A stretch of DNA of 64,000 bases from Candidatus Zixiibacteriota bacterium (lineage in GTDB: Bacteria > UBP14 > UBA6098 > JBKHBT01), in contig JBKHBT010000005.1 in assembly GCA_046542255.1 (NCBI GenBank), positions 13,593 through 77,592 of the forward strand, written 5' to 3'. The position numbers and the translations under genes were made by a program. Below, piece after piece: positions 50,745 to 61,041 of this stretch (its first letter is position 1; each line of letters starts with the position of its first letter). Under the pieces are notes generated by a model. The model worked only from the letters and a program-made list of their open reading frames with translations. It did not search any database and was not told the origin of the DNA.

Positions 50745-50798
50745 CATGGATGATCAATAAGTTAGATATTAATATAGAATTAGTTATTAAAGGATAAG

Positions 50799-52925
50799 AT
50801 GAGCATAGAGGACTTAAAAAAAGAATTAAATGCAGAAAGACAGGCAATCGCCGTTTTCAAAAAACGTTTCGAAGGCTTCAGGGTACTCTATAATACAGTA
50901 TTCGAAATAGAAGGAGCATCAGATGAAAAGACATATGACATTTTATGCAAAAATCTGATGAAACTCACGATGGCCAAAGCCGTTGCGATTGCATCTTGCG
51001 ATAATCTCTCAAGAAGCCTGACACTCGAAAGCTATTGCGCCTTGATGGATAATGGCGAATTTCTGAAATCATCTTGCGAAATTGCAGCTGGGGTACATGA
51101 GCACTATATAGAAAACATTATCGAAGAATACAAAAATGATGAACCCCTAATGAATAGGCTATTTACGATTATTTGTTCCGCCCTGCCTTCCAAATATTAT
51201 AGAGTTTCCATAGTTAGAGAAGGTAAACTGCTGGCCATAGGATTAATTAGATTGCAGGAAGATCAGAATCTTGAGATGAAAGACCTTATCGATACCTTTC
51301 TTAGCCTGGCCGGAACGATACTAGAAAGATTGAATTCATCTCGAGAGCTGCAAAAAAATAATAACTGGCTCTCCACGACTTTGCAAAGCATCGGCGATGC
51401 TATTATAACCACCGATACCGATGGATATATCACCTTCATGAATAAAATGGCGGAAAAGCTAACTGGATGGTCTCGCCAGGAAGCCATCTCATGGCCAATA
51501 GAAGTGATTTTTGAAATTTACAGAGAAAATGGCGAACAAAATGTGAAAAATCCGGTACAGGAGATCTTAGAAAGCAAAGAAGTCGGAAGTGTCATCAATC
51601 TGACTTCCATAGTCTCCAAAGATGGAACAGTGATACCCATAACAGAAAGCGCAGCACCTATAAGAAATGATAATAAAGAAATTACTGGCATTGTACTTGT
51701 TTTCCATGATAATAGCGTGATTCGAGAATCTGAGCAAAGGCATAAAGAATCGACAAGGTTCTTGAGTCTCATAATAGAAAATCTGCCCAGCATTCTCTAT
51801 GTCAAAGATGCTGATGAACAGAGGTTTCTGAGGATCAATAAGGCCGGAGAAGAACTTTTCGGTTTCAATAGGCATGAATTTCTCGGAAAAAGAAATGAAG
51901 ATATCTTCCCGGATAAAATTGCCAAAAAATTCAACGAAACCGATCAGGAAGCTATCGAATATGGCATGATGATAGATATCGAAGAAGAAAAAATCGAAAC
52001 CTGGCATAAAGGATATCGCCTATTGCATACAAGGAAAATCCCGATTATGAATGATGATGGCATTCCCGAATTTCTACTATGCATATCAGAAGATATCACA
52101 GAGAAGAGAAGAGGCGCGCTTGAAGTAGCAAGGGCACATTCAGAACTAAGGCAATTGCTCGATGCGACAACACCGCTTTGTGTCATAGACAATGAATCGA
52201 ATCTTATAAAGGTAAATGAAAATTTTTGTAGACTTTTCGACCTAAAATCGGATGATATTATTGGCCGGAAATGCTATGAAATTTGGCAAGACAATAAAGA
52301 AACCTGCAATAGTTCTTGCCCTCTCCATAAGATAGAAAATGGAGCAAAAAAAGTTGTAACTGAAAGAGTCAAAAAATCGATCAGTGGAAAAGAAATCCCG
52401 GTTATTATGTCATCTTATCCATATAGAGATGTAGATGGAAATATCTCTGGTGTCGTAATGAGTTACATAGATGCCTCAAGACTTAGAAAGACCGAAAATG
52501 CATTAATACAAAGCGAAATCAGTCTTAAACAGGTTATTGAGAATTGCCATGAAGCTATTGGGGTTGTTGTCGATGGAAAAGTTGTTTTTGCAAATAAAGC
52601 CACAGAAGAAATTACAGGACAAAAAGTAGAAGAAATCCTGGGAACTGATTTCGGTCATTTTGTACATCCTGAAGATTTGGAGAGTGTATTAAAACACTAT
52701 AAAGAGCTTTATTCTGGACAAAAAGACAATGTTTTGATACGATGCCGCATAATATCGAAGGATAAAAGTGTTAGATGGATTGAAGCCACTGCAATTATAA
52801 CAGATTGGAACGATAAATCTGCCATTTTGAGTTTCTTGAATAATATTACGGGTAATTTAGGTAAAGAAGAGAGAATCAAAGAACTGGAAATGGAATTGGA
52901 TTCATTGCGACGAAAAAGTACATAA
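50799..52925 (+). CDS. GAF-like + multi-PAS sensor protein without output domain
   Basis: STTLQSIGDAIITTD, VLVFHD, SEDITEKR, SYIDAS and FLNNIT PAS/PAC units; ends in a short coiled coil with no kinase, GGDEF or receiver. Confidence 0.8.
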   Translation: MSIEDLKKELNAERQAIAVFKKRFEGFRVLYNTVFEIEGASDEKTYDILCKNLMKLTMAKAVAIASCDNLSRSLTLESYCALMDNGEFLKSSCEIAAGVHEHYIENIIEEYKNDEPLMNRLFTIICSALPSKYYRVSIVREGKLLAIGLIRLQEDQNLEMKDLIDTFLSLAGTILERLNSSRELQKNNNWLSTTLQSIGDAIITTDTDGYITFMNKMAEKLTGWSRQEAISWPIEVIFEIYRENGEQNVKNPVQEILESKEVGSVINLTSIVSKDGTVIPITESAAPIRNDNKEITGIVLVFHDNSVIRESEQRHKESTRFLSLIIENLPSILYVKDADEQRFLRINKAGEELFGFNRHEFLGKRNEDIFPDKIAKKFNETDQEAIEYGMMIDIEEEKIETWHKGYRLLHTRKIPIMNDDGIPEFLLCISEDITEKRRGALEVARAHSELRQLLDATTPLCVIDNESNLIKVNENFCRLFDLKSDDIIGRKCYEIWQDNKETCNSSCPLHKIENGAKKVVTERVKKSISGKEIPVIMSSYPYRDVDGNISGVVMSYIDASRLRKTENALIQSEISLKQVIENCHEAIGVVVDGKVVFANKATEEITGQKVEEILGTDFGHFVHPEDLESVLKHYKELYSGQKDNVLIRCRIISKDKSVRWIEATAIITDWNDKSAILSFLNNITGNLGKEERIKELEMELDSLRRKST

Positions 52926-53156
52926 CTAGTTAAGAAAATACCATATCATAAGGCTGACAGCTCCTGTAACCATAAGTGAGAACAGAAATTGTCTGATAAA
53001 TCGGTCTTCTTTTTTTATGGCGGCATGGCGACTCCAAAAATAGGTAAAAATAAAAGCAATTACTGCCACCAAACCCCACCAAACGCGACGTTGAACAGCT
53101 TCATATACAAGAATTGGTGCAAAAAATAATACCAGAATTTGGATCAAAGTCTTCAT
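52926..53156 (-). CDS. Small membrane protein (about 3 TM)
   Basis: 76 aa hydrophobic ORF immediately downstream of the bactofilin gene. Confidence 0.65.
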   Translation of the reverse strand: MKTLIQILVLFFAPILVYEAVQRRVWWGLVAVIAFIFTYFWSRHAAIKKEDRFIRQFLFSLMVTGAVSLMIWYFLN

Positions 53157-53167
53157 GGTTTGTTTCC

Positions 53168-53566
53168 TTATTTGGCTTTGTCATTTTCCATGCTGGATGA
53201 GCCATTGAAGACTGCGCCCTGTTCTACTATCAGAACATCGGTTTTGATGCTGCCGGTGAAATGGGCAGTGCTTTCTAGTTTGACGAGTTGCTTCGCAGTA
53301 AGCTGTGCTTTTACCTTGCCGCCAATAATCGCAGCAGAAGCTTCTATCGATTCGGAGTTTAGGACACCATCCTTGCCGATAGAAAGCTTACCAGATGCGG
53401 ATATCTTTCCATCGAAATTTCCATCGATGCGAAGGCCACCATCTACTTCGATATCGCCGTTGAATTTGCTTCCTGCGCCCAAAATTGTATTTATATGGTC
53501 ATTACTGGCCGATGTTTTCTTCTGTTTCACTTTCTGTTTCTCCTTCCGGTTCTTCTTCATCTCCAA
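53168..53566 (-). CDS. Bactofilin (polymer-forming cytoskeletal protein, CcmA-like)
   Basis: NTILGAGSKFNGDI...GLRIDGNFDGKI...IIGGKVKA...GSIKTDVLIVEQGAVFNG. Confidence 0.92.
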   Translation of the reverse strand: MEMKKNRKEKQKVKQKKTSASNDHINTILGAGSKFNGDIEVDGGLRIDGNFDGKISASGKLSIGKDGVLNSESIEASAAIIGGKVKAQLTAKQLVKLESTAHFTGSIKTDVLIVEQGAVFNGSSSMENDKAK

Positions 53567-54329
53567 GAGGATTTATATTTTTTCCATCTTTAAGAACCTC
53601 GTAATGTATATGTGAACCAATCGATTTTCCTGTTGAGCCTGAAAATCCGATGATTGTATTCCTATCTATGAAATCATCCTTTTCGACAGTGGTCTTTTGA
53701 AGATGGCCGTATCTTGTTGTATAGCCATTTGTATGGTCTATTACAATAAGATAGCCCAGGTCCCTTGTATAATCTGCAAATATTACTTTACCGGCTGCCG
53801 TTGAATAGACTGCTTTGCCTTCGGGAAGAGCGATATCGATTCCCTCATGTTTTCTCTTATACAAAGGGTTTTTATAATTATATGTAGTTGTTATAGCACC
53901 GCTCTGCGGCAAGCCCTGCGGAATATAACGAGATCTCTTGAGTACATGGCTTATTTTATTTGCATCAAAATCGATTTTGGCAATTTCCAAAGCCTTTTTC
54001 TCATCGATTACTTCGGTCTTGTCCTCTTGATTCTCATCGAGAATTCGCCTGAGATATTGTTCCATTTCGGTGATTTTGGCAAGTTTATATTCTATGCGTT
54101 CAACTTTGGAAAGCTGTTTTCGAAGATTTTCATTTTCAGCCAAAAGTGTATTTTTTTCTACCAAAAGGGCGATATACTTCCCGCCCATGAAAACGCCGAT
54201 AAAAAAAACAATCGTCAATAATACAAAAAAACCAATAAGCCACCAAAAAAGCTTCATACTCATTCTAAGCTTCCAAGGTTCCTGCCTATTCTCCGGTACG
54301 ACCATAAATGTTATATGCTCTCTGTGCAT
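53502..54329 (-). CDS. M23 family peptidoglycan endopeptidase
   Basis: N-terminal TM and coiled coil; HEGIDIA (HxxxD), VYSTAAG, YGHL, GSTGKSIGSHIHYEV. Confidence 0.93.
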   Translation of the reverse strand: MHREHITFMVVPENRQEPWKLRMSMKLFWWLIGFFVLLTIVFFIGVFMGGKYIALLVEKNTLLAENENLRKQLSKVERIEYKLAKITEMEQYLRRILDENQEDKTEVIDEKKALEIAKIDFDANKISHVLKRSRYIPQGLPQSGAITTTYNYKNPLYKRKHEGIDIALPEGKAVYSTAAGKVIFADYTRDLGYLIVIDHTNGYTTRYGHLQKTTVEKDDFIDRNTIIGFSGSTGKSIGSHIHYEVLKDGKNINPLGDEEEPEGETESETEENIGQ

Positions 54330-54491
54330 AACCTCACAATATAAACAAATAATCCAATTTAGACAATAATTTTGAAATTAAACAATCGATATAACCATCA
54401 CATAAATTAGAAGAAAATTCAGAAAATCTGTTTTTTAAAAAAGCAAACTTAATTGAATTTCTATAATTGACGGCTAATCGAAAGAGTATAT

Positions 54492-55349
54492 TTATTCTTT
54501 TTCTCCAAGTCTTCTCGCAATCGAATAAAGCTCATCATTATCGTAGAATTCAATAACAAGCTTCCCTTTCTTCTTACCTTTGGAAATCTCGACCTTTGTT
54601 GCGAGTGATTCTTGAAGCTCATCTGCAAGAGCTGCCAATTCTGGGTCGAGCTTTTTGGATGCCTTTTTCCTGGGCTTTGTCGGGTCATTGGCCGCAATTT
54701 GCGATAGACGTTCGACCGAAAGGCCTTTGCGCACAGTCAAAAGCGCAAGGCGAAGCTGCCTATGTGGATCATCGATAGAAAGCAGTATGCGAGTGTGGCC
54801 GGCGGAAAGCAATCCATCCCGAACCATTTCCTGGATTTTCTCCGGAAGGCTTAATATACGAAGGGTATTGGCAATAACCGGCCTGGAACGGCCAACCGAT
54901 TCTGCAATTTGTTCCTGTGTCATATTGTATTTATCTCTCAAGGCTTTATAGGCATGAGCTTCTTCTATGACATTCAGGTTCTCTCTCTGGATATTTTCCA
55001 CGAGGCCAATCAGAGAAAGCTTCTGCGGATCATCGATATCGACTATTATTGCCGGTATTTCATCTATATCTGCAATTTTCGATGCTCGCCATCTTCTTTC
55101 CCCGGCTATTATTTCATATTTGCCATCTTTGAGATGAAGCAAAATTGGCTCGAGAACGCCCTGTTCTTTTATCGACTGCGCAAGGCTCTCGAGGCCTTTA
55201 TCATCGAAATGTGTCCTAACCTGATGCTCGCCCGGAATAATGTCCGAAAGCGGAATCATGCTGATTGAAAGTTGGTTTATATCATCCTGCCACTGGTCGC
55301 CCAAAATGGCGCCGAGTCCTCGGTCTAATGCTTTTTTCTTAGCGGCCAT
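54492..55349 (-). CDS. parB: Chromosome partitioning protein ParB/Spo0J
   Basis: KKKALDRGLGAIL, QVRTHFD, GVLEPI, IIAGERRWRAS, ENIQRENLN, HTH (QEQIAESVGRSRPVIANTLR). Confidence 0.96.
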   Translation of the reverse strand: MAAKKKALDRGLGAILGDQWQDDINQLSISMIPLSDIIPGEHQVRTHFDDKGLESLAQSIKEQGVLEPILLHLKDGKYEIIAGERRWRASKIADIDEIPAIIVDIDDPQKLSLIGLVENIQRENLNVIEEAHAYKALRDKYNMTQEQIAESVGRSRPVIANTLRILSLPEKIQEMVRDGLLSAGHTRILLSIDDPHRQLRLALLTVRKGLSVERLSQIAANDPTKPRKKASKKLDPELAALADELQESLATKVEISKGKKKGKLVIEFYDNDELYSIARRLGEKE

Positions 55350-56097
55350 CTATTATTTCCTCTGCTAATTCGATATAATTTACTGCTCCACGGGATTTAG
55401 AATCGTACATAATAACCGGTTTATCAAAACTGGGCGATTCTGCAAGCCTAACATTTCGATGAATCATTGTATCAAAAACCCGCTTGCCGAAATAGCTCTT
55501 GACCTCTTTGAGTACCTGATTGGAAAGATTCAACCTGGCATCGTACATCGTCATCAAAACCCCCAAAAGCCTGAGGCCGGGGTTACAAGTCTTTTGAATC
55601 CTGGCGAGAGTAACAAGAGCCTGTCCAAGGCCTTCGAGGGCATAGTACTCACACTGTATCGGGATTATGACTTTATCGGCAGCAGCGAGCGCATTAAGAG
55701 TCAGAAGCCCGAGAGAAGGTGGGCAATCGATGAGAACATATTCATAATTGCTGGCGATATCTGCAAGTTTGCTTCGAAGATGGCGGTGGCTGTCGCCATT
55801 TCCATCCAGTTCCACAATTACACGGGCCAGATTGCGAAATGCCGGCAGCAAGTTCAGTTCCGGAAGGTCTTGAATATGGACTACGGTTTCTTTGAAAGTT
55901 TTTTTGCCGGTAAGGTAGTCATATATGGTTGGCTCTTTCTCAGTAAAACGAATACCGAGTCCGCTGGAGGCATTAGCCTGTGGGTCAAAATCGACCAGTA
56001 AGGTCTTTTTACCGGCTGCGGCAAGTGAAGCGGAAAGATTTACGGCGGTAGTGGTTTTACCAACGCCGCCTTTCTGATTTGCAATAGCTATTATCAA
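55339..56097 (-). CDS. parA: Chromosome partitioning ATPase ParA/Soj
   Basis: ANQKGGVGKTTT, DFDPQANAS, IDCPPSLG, QCEYYALEG, RNVRLAESPS; TTG start with AAGGA RBS. Confidence 0.96.
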   Translation of the reverse strand: MIIAIANQKGGVGKTTTAVNLSASLAAAGKKTLLVDFDPQANASSGLGIRFTEKEPTIYDYLTGKKTFKETVVHIQDLPELNLLPAFRNLARVIVELDGNGDSHRHLRSKLADIASNYEYVLIDCPPSLGLLTLNALAAADKVIIPIQCEYYALEGLGQALVTLARIQKTCNPGLRLLGVLMTMYDARLNLSNQVLKEVKSYFGKRVFDTMIHRNVRLAESPSFDKPVIMYDSKSRGAVNYIELAEEIIDGR

Positions 56098-56401
56098 TTC
56101 GTATCCTTAGTTTTTCATTTCTAGGCAAAGAATATATTTTTAATTTCGCATATTATCAAGTAAATTCCAAATTTTTATTTGCCAAAAATAAACAAAATTA
56201 TGATAAAAAAATCACTATTTCACAAGTTACTATAATCTAACAATTTCGAAAATTTCACAAAAAATCCCTTATTGTTAATAATTACAGTTTCTAAATAAAA
56301 TTGAGCAAAAAAACTTTTTTACTTTTATACTTGTCATTATAAGTGTCCCAAAATAAGAAATTTATAAAAATATTATAAATGTGATGCTGAAGAGGATATT
56401 T

Positions 56402-59400
56402 TTATTCTTCTTCTTTAATCTCAGAAATTCCGATAACAAGAGCGACACCGCCACCCACGCGAATTAATATATTTTTGAATTTATAGTCATGAAAGCTATC
56501 GAAAATGCTAAGAAGTTCAGAGCGAGATTCGGAGAAATTGTTTTTCAATACTTTTGTATAGTGTCTTAGTTCATCATCGCTGACATATTCGAAGAGTTCC
56601 TTTATTTTTTTTAGCTTCTCCTGCTTGGTTAAAACTCGAAGAATGCTGTCATTTTCATCATAATTAGCAAAATCCCATATATTAACAGAATTACTCACAA
56701 CTTTCTGAATTCTTTCCTGGTCTAATCTTGTATTTGCAATTATGACTACAGCTTTAAGCAATATCGTCTGGTCATTTTCGATTCTCCAGGGAAGAATGGG
56801 GCCTTTTTGTTCACTTGCAGTGTCTTCTTCGAAGATATTAAGATTTTCGGGATTTATTTTTATCTCTATTTCCTGGTCTTTCATCGAAGGATGCCGCCAT
56901 GTTCCTTTATATTCATCAGCAATGGATTTTCTTGTCGGCTGGAATTGGTTTTGCGGCAGTATTTCAGTATTCTCTTCTTTTTTTTCGGAATCGAGAATTT
57001 CGATTGCAGCATCACCGGTCTTGCTTATAGGCTCGGAAGGCGGTTCGGTTTCAACTTCCTCTTTGGGAATATCGGTTTTGATATTTTTATCTATCCATTC
57101 ATGATATTTTTCTTCGAATTCTACTCTTTGCTTTTGTATCTTATTGATTGTTTTGCGGCCTATCATATTGAATTCATATATCCTTCGCGGCCAATCCCAT
57201 GATAGTGTATCGAATAATGGTTTTCTTTCGAATAATGACTTTGTAGCAATTTCTGGGTTTGCAGTAAGTTCCATCTGGAAATCCTCCGGAAAAATGCTGA
57301 TTGGTATTCGGCATACCTTACCACAACTGGAACATTTGAAAGATGCATATCCATTTTCGGCGCATTTTTTCGCAATCTTCTCGATTGGCTTGTTTTTCAT
57401 TGCACAATCTCCACAAAGAGGGCAATCCATGTAAAAATAGCGGTATTTGCCTATATATTCCCATGGCTCTTTTGTCGACTTCATGCCGTTTTCATCCGAA
57501 AGATAGTATTCGCCCAAATCACTCGATGCCACAATCGAATTTATGATTATCGATAATATCTTATAGATTCGGCTTCGCAGATTTTCATCGTCCGTATCCA
57601 AGTATGGTGCAATATAGTCGATTCCTTTTTCGCCCATCGATGCAAGAGCATGAGATGCCAGGTCGAAATAGCTGTCATCCACAAGACGCTGTATAATATA
57701 GGGTATCGCCTCTTCTGACAATTCCGATAATTTTTTTCTATTTCCAGTAAGAAGGAAATAGTCTATCTTCTCTGGCAAATTCTCGGGTTGATATCCGATT
57801 TTCTTGAAAAGCAAAGCAGCTCTTTTTCGAATATCGATATCACCCTCTGAGAACAGAGCACGAAGGTGTTTTTGAAGGATTTCTTTATCGAATAAAAGCA
57901 GGGCCTGTGAAGCTGCTTTTCGTACTTTTGGAGAATCATCGGTCAAGTATTGCGATACGATTGATATTGTATTCGAAAGATGTAATTTACCCAGAACATC
58001 TATAACGGTTTTTCTGATAAGCGGATCATCGCTTCCGAGCATCGCGACAATATCCTTGAGCACATCGGTCCTACCGAGCTTTTTGGCGATATTGCCAAGG
58101 GCGATTATTGCGGCGATACGCACTGGTTTATTAACATCCAAAAGCAGAACTCGCAAAATTTCGATCGTATTTTCATCGGCTACCACACCCATAATTACCG
58201 TCGCATTTAGACGATATTCGCTCGAAGACTCATCCAAACCCTCGAGAACCTTTTCAATGGCTTTATTCCCGAAAGAAATTAGCGCGCTTCTTGCAATATA
58301 AGCATGTTCCTTATCATCGAGCAAACTAATGAATGTATCGATTGCTCTTTCATCGCCAATTTTGACGAGTGTTTTTATGACATTGGTTTTCTCATCGAAA
58401 TTCTTAAGAGCATACAAAAGATGCTTTGTCGTGGGTTTTCCTATTTTCGCAAGCCTTTCCCAGGCACCCTTTGCAATCAGAAAATAGGTCTTCTCGATAT
58501 CGGTTTTTGGTTCCCAGTCATTTGCTTCGAGAATCTGCGATGCCAATACCCTAATCTGTCCATCTGGGTTTTTGAGATGTGGGAGAACAATCGGTACTGC
58601 GCGAGGGCCAAATTTTTTGAGAGCATTCGCTGCGAAATTACGAATAAAGAAATCATCACTCTGAAGAGCAATTTCTAACCTTTTTAGTGCAATATTACCC
58701 ATCTGTGCTAATGCACTGAAGGCATTTTCGCGAAATTGATTATCCCTTTCCTCTGTAGATAATATAAATCGATCAACAGCAGCAGTGCCCATCGAATAGA
58801 TAAGCTCGGTTACTTCTTTATTGGATTTATCATTATATTGGAAAGTATCAATTAGCGGGCCAAGCGCAGGCATTCCGATATTTTTCAAAACATCCCATTC
58901 GCCTCTTGCGATAAGATAGTTTATTTTTTCCCCAAGTGTTTCGGGCGACCAGCCAAGTCTTTCCAAAGCCAGAACAGCATAACGCCGGGAATTATAGTCG
59001 GATTTGAGGAGTTCTACTAAATATTCGATGGTCTCGGGACTATCGAAATTCGCCAGAACATCCATGATAAGCCGCTGTGTCGAACCATCTGCTCTTTCGA
59101 ACAATTGCAGTAATGGCTGAACAGCACGCTGCTCAGATAAATCCCCAAGAACCTGAATAACCTGTTTTTGGACATCATGCTTATTCGTGTTTAGCATAGT
59201 CAGCAATATTTTTCTTGCTCTTTCATTGCCAATTTTGCCCAATGCACGAACGGCATAAACCCGGACTCCCTTTTCGGTATCATCTGTTGCTCTTATTATG
59301 TATTCCAGTCCTCTTAGGTCCCCGATTTCCCCCAGAGCATATACTGCCTGCGCCCTGATACCAGAATTTTCATCACGACATGCATTAAATATTGCAAAAA

Positions 59401-59584
59401 GCACGTCTTCACTAAGTTTTTCCGGATATCTTGAACAAAGTTTTCCAAGCGTTTCGATTGCTTGCCGACGTATCTGGTCGTCGCTGTCATATTCGGTAGC
59501 CCGAATCAAGCCGGCGAAATCTTTGCGCTGTTTGAGCTTGTTTATATTAGGTTTAAATAAAGCCACTATTTTTCCTTTTGCCAA
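56402..59584 (-). CDS. Large HEAT-repeat protein with internal Cys-rich (putative Zn-binding) segment
   Basis: Many VR..A..ALG.IG repeats; CPLCGDC...C...CSSCGKVC; acidic linker and unknown C-terminal domain. Confidence 0.85.
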   Translation of the reverse strand: MAKGKIVALFKPNINKLKQRKDFAGLIRATEYDSDDQIRRQAIETLGKLCSRYPEKLSEDVLFAIFNACRDENSGIRAQAVYALGEIGDLRGLEYIIRATDDTEKGVRVYAVRALGKIGNERARKILLTMLNTNKHDVQKQVIQVLGDLSEQRAVQPLLQLFERADGSTQRLIMDVLANFDSPETIEYLVELLKSDYNSRRYAVLALERLGWSPETLGEKINYLIARGEWDVLKNIGMPALGPLIDTFQYNDKSNKEVTELIYSMGTAAVDRFILSTEERDNQFRENAFSALAQMGNIALKRLEIALQSDDFFIRNFAANALKKFGPRAVPIVLPHLKNPDGQIRVLASQILEANDWEPKTDIEKTYFLIAKGAWERLAKIGKPTTKHLLYALKNFDEKTNVIKTLVKIGDERAIDTFISLLDDKEHAYIARSALISFGNKAIEKVLEGLDESSSEYRLNATVIMGVVADENTIEILRVLLLDVNKPVRIAAIIALGNIAKKLGRTDVLKDIVAMLGSDDPLIRKTVIDVLGKLHLSNTISIVSQYLTDDSPKVRKAASQALLLFDKEILQKHLRALFSEGDIDIRKRAALLFKKIGYQPENLPEKIDYFLLTGNRKKLSELSEEAIPYIIQRLVDDSYFDLASHALASMGEKGIDYIAPYLDTDDENLRSRIYKILSIIINSIVASSDLGEYYLSDENGMKSTKEPWEYIGKYRYFYMDCPLCGDCAMKNKPIEKIAKKCAENGYASFKCSSCGKVCRIPISIFPEDFQMELTANPEIATKSLFERKPLFDTLSWDWPRRIYEFNMIGRKTINKIQKQRVEFEEKYHEWIDKNIKTDIPKEEVETEPPSEPISKTGDAAIEILDSEKKEENTEILPQNQFQPTRKSIADEYKGTWRHPSMKDQEIEIKINPENLNIFEEDTASEQKGPILPWRIENDQTILLKAVVIIANTRLDQERIQKVVSNSVNIWDFANYDENDSILRVLTKQEKLKKIKELFEYVSDDELRHYTKVLKNNFSESRSELLSIFDSFHDYKFKNILIRVGGGVALVIGISEIKEEE

Positions 59585-59658
59585 ATAAATCTTTTATCTA
59601 ATCGTATTAGATTTTACTAAATAATATGTATAAAGTCAAATGTTTTGACCTAAAAAAC

Positions 59659-61041
59659 TTAATCTATCAAAATAATTTCATCATGATGTCCTAGGTTTTG
59701 AATGTCGAGTATCATTTTGGCATATTTTATTGCCTGTTTTGCTGTTTTTACCTTTATAAATGTCTTTGATTCTGATAGATTTATTTTTCTTTGATGGTTT
59801 TTTACTATAATTTTATCTATGCTTTCTTCGTTCTTATTCCCTTTAAGGAATGCATTGATGTTTTTTGCGGCGTTTTTACCGGAAGTCGCAGCATAAATAT
59901 ATCCACTGCTAGAGTTTACACACTCGCCACCAGCATATATTCCATCTATACCAGTTGAATAGTTCTTATCGATTTGGATAAAATTATGTTTAGTAGTTTT
60001 GATATCATCACCGAAGACTTTCTTGGTATATGGATATCTTCCATTTGCAAGTACCAGTAATTCTGCATCGATTTCGTAAATATGGCCGCCTTCATGTTGG
60101 AATTTCTCATTTCCATCGGTCTCTGGAGATAATCTCTCTGTTTCTATAGTTTTTATCTGGCCATTCTGGCTAAGAATCCTAAGTGGCATATGTTTGAAGA
60201 GAAATTCGACCCCAGAATTAATTGCTTCAGCGATATTTTTCCTATCGGCTGTCATATTGTCTAATTTCTTAAGATGCATAAGTCCGACTGATTTCTTAAG
60301 TTTTGCCATGGCAATCGCTGCAGAAACGGCATCGTTGCCATCCCCGAGAACAATAGCATTTTTGACCAAAGGAAATCTATCACGGTTTTTTAGCCTTTCG
60401 AATAATTCTATAACCGATATGACATTGTCAGTATCGATACCAGGTAAATTGACTCTTCGAACCTTCTGAGCACCAAAGGCGAGAAAGACAGCATCATATC
60501 TTTTTCTTATGTCTCTAAGATTGAACTTTGCACCTTTTGCAACAGTAGTCAGCATCTGGAAATCTGCTCCGAGCTTATTGAGTATATCAAGTTCAGAAAA
60601 TAATATATGCCTCGGCAAACGGCTAGGCAATATAGCGAGGTTCAACATTCCGCCCGGCCTTTCCAGGCGGTCATAGATGGTAACTTTATGGCCTGATCTA
60701 AGAAGCTCAAAAGCGGCAAAAATACCGGCTGGCCCTGCGCCTACGATGGCTACTTTGTATTTGCTTTTGGACGATATATCAGGTTCCCAACTACGGTATC
60801 CAATATTTTCAAGCTCATATTCATAAAGAAAATGCTCAAATTCTGAAATCATAGGGATATTATTGGCAATCCCTCTTGAACATGGGCTTTTGCACATGCA
60901 TCCGGTAATACCCGGATATGGTATATACTTTCTGACCAATTCGATTGCTCCTGCGAAATCTTCTGCTATTATCAGCTCCAGCATTTCATTTATGGGCAAT
61001 CCTAATGGACAGGGTTTTAATTTAACTACATTATTCATCAA
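59659..61041 (-). CDS. GltD/PreT-like FAD/NAD(P)-dependent oxidoreductase
   Basis: CPLG, PYPGITGCMCKSPC, VAIVGAGPAG, PGGMLNLAI, AVFLAFGA, VLGDGN, IYAGGECV; GAGGAG RBS. Confidence 0.85.
   Translation of the reverse strand: MMNNVVKLKPCPLGLPINEMLELIIAEDFAGAIELVRKYIPYPGITGCMCKSPCSRGIANNIPMISEFEHFLYEYELENIGYRSWEPDISSKSKYKVAIVGAGPAGIFAAFELLRSGHKVTIYDRLERPGGMLNLAILPSRLPRHILFSELDILNKLGADFQMLTTVAKGAKFNLRDIRKRYDAVFLAFGAQKVRRVNLPGIDTDNVISVIELFERLKNRDRFPLVKNAIVLGDGNDAVSAAIAMAKLKKSVGLMHLKKLDNMTADRKNIAEAINSGVEFLFKHMPLRILSQNGQIKTIETERLSPETDGNEKFQHEGGHIYEIDAELLVLANGRYPYTKKVFGDDIKTTKHNFIQIDKNYSTGIDGIYAGGECVNSSSGYIYAATSGKNAAKNINAFLKGNKNEESIDKIIVKNHQRKINLSESKTFIKVKTAKQAIKYAKMILDIQNLGHHDEIILID

Noticed and set aside
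50742-50760. Selenocysteine readthrough of the TusA-like TGA stop
   Set aside because: The protein is already full length, another TGA follows two codons later, and there is no SECIS-like hairpin.
54330-56401. parS site near parAB
   Set aside because: No match to the GTTTCACGTGAAAC-type palindrome found by eye.
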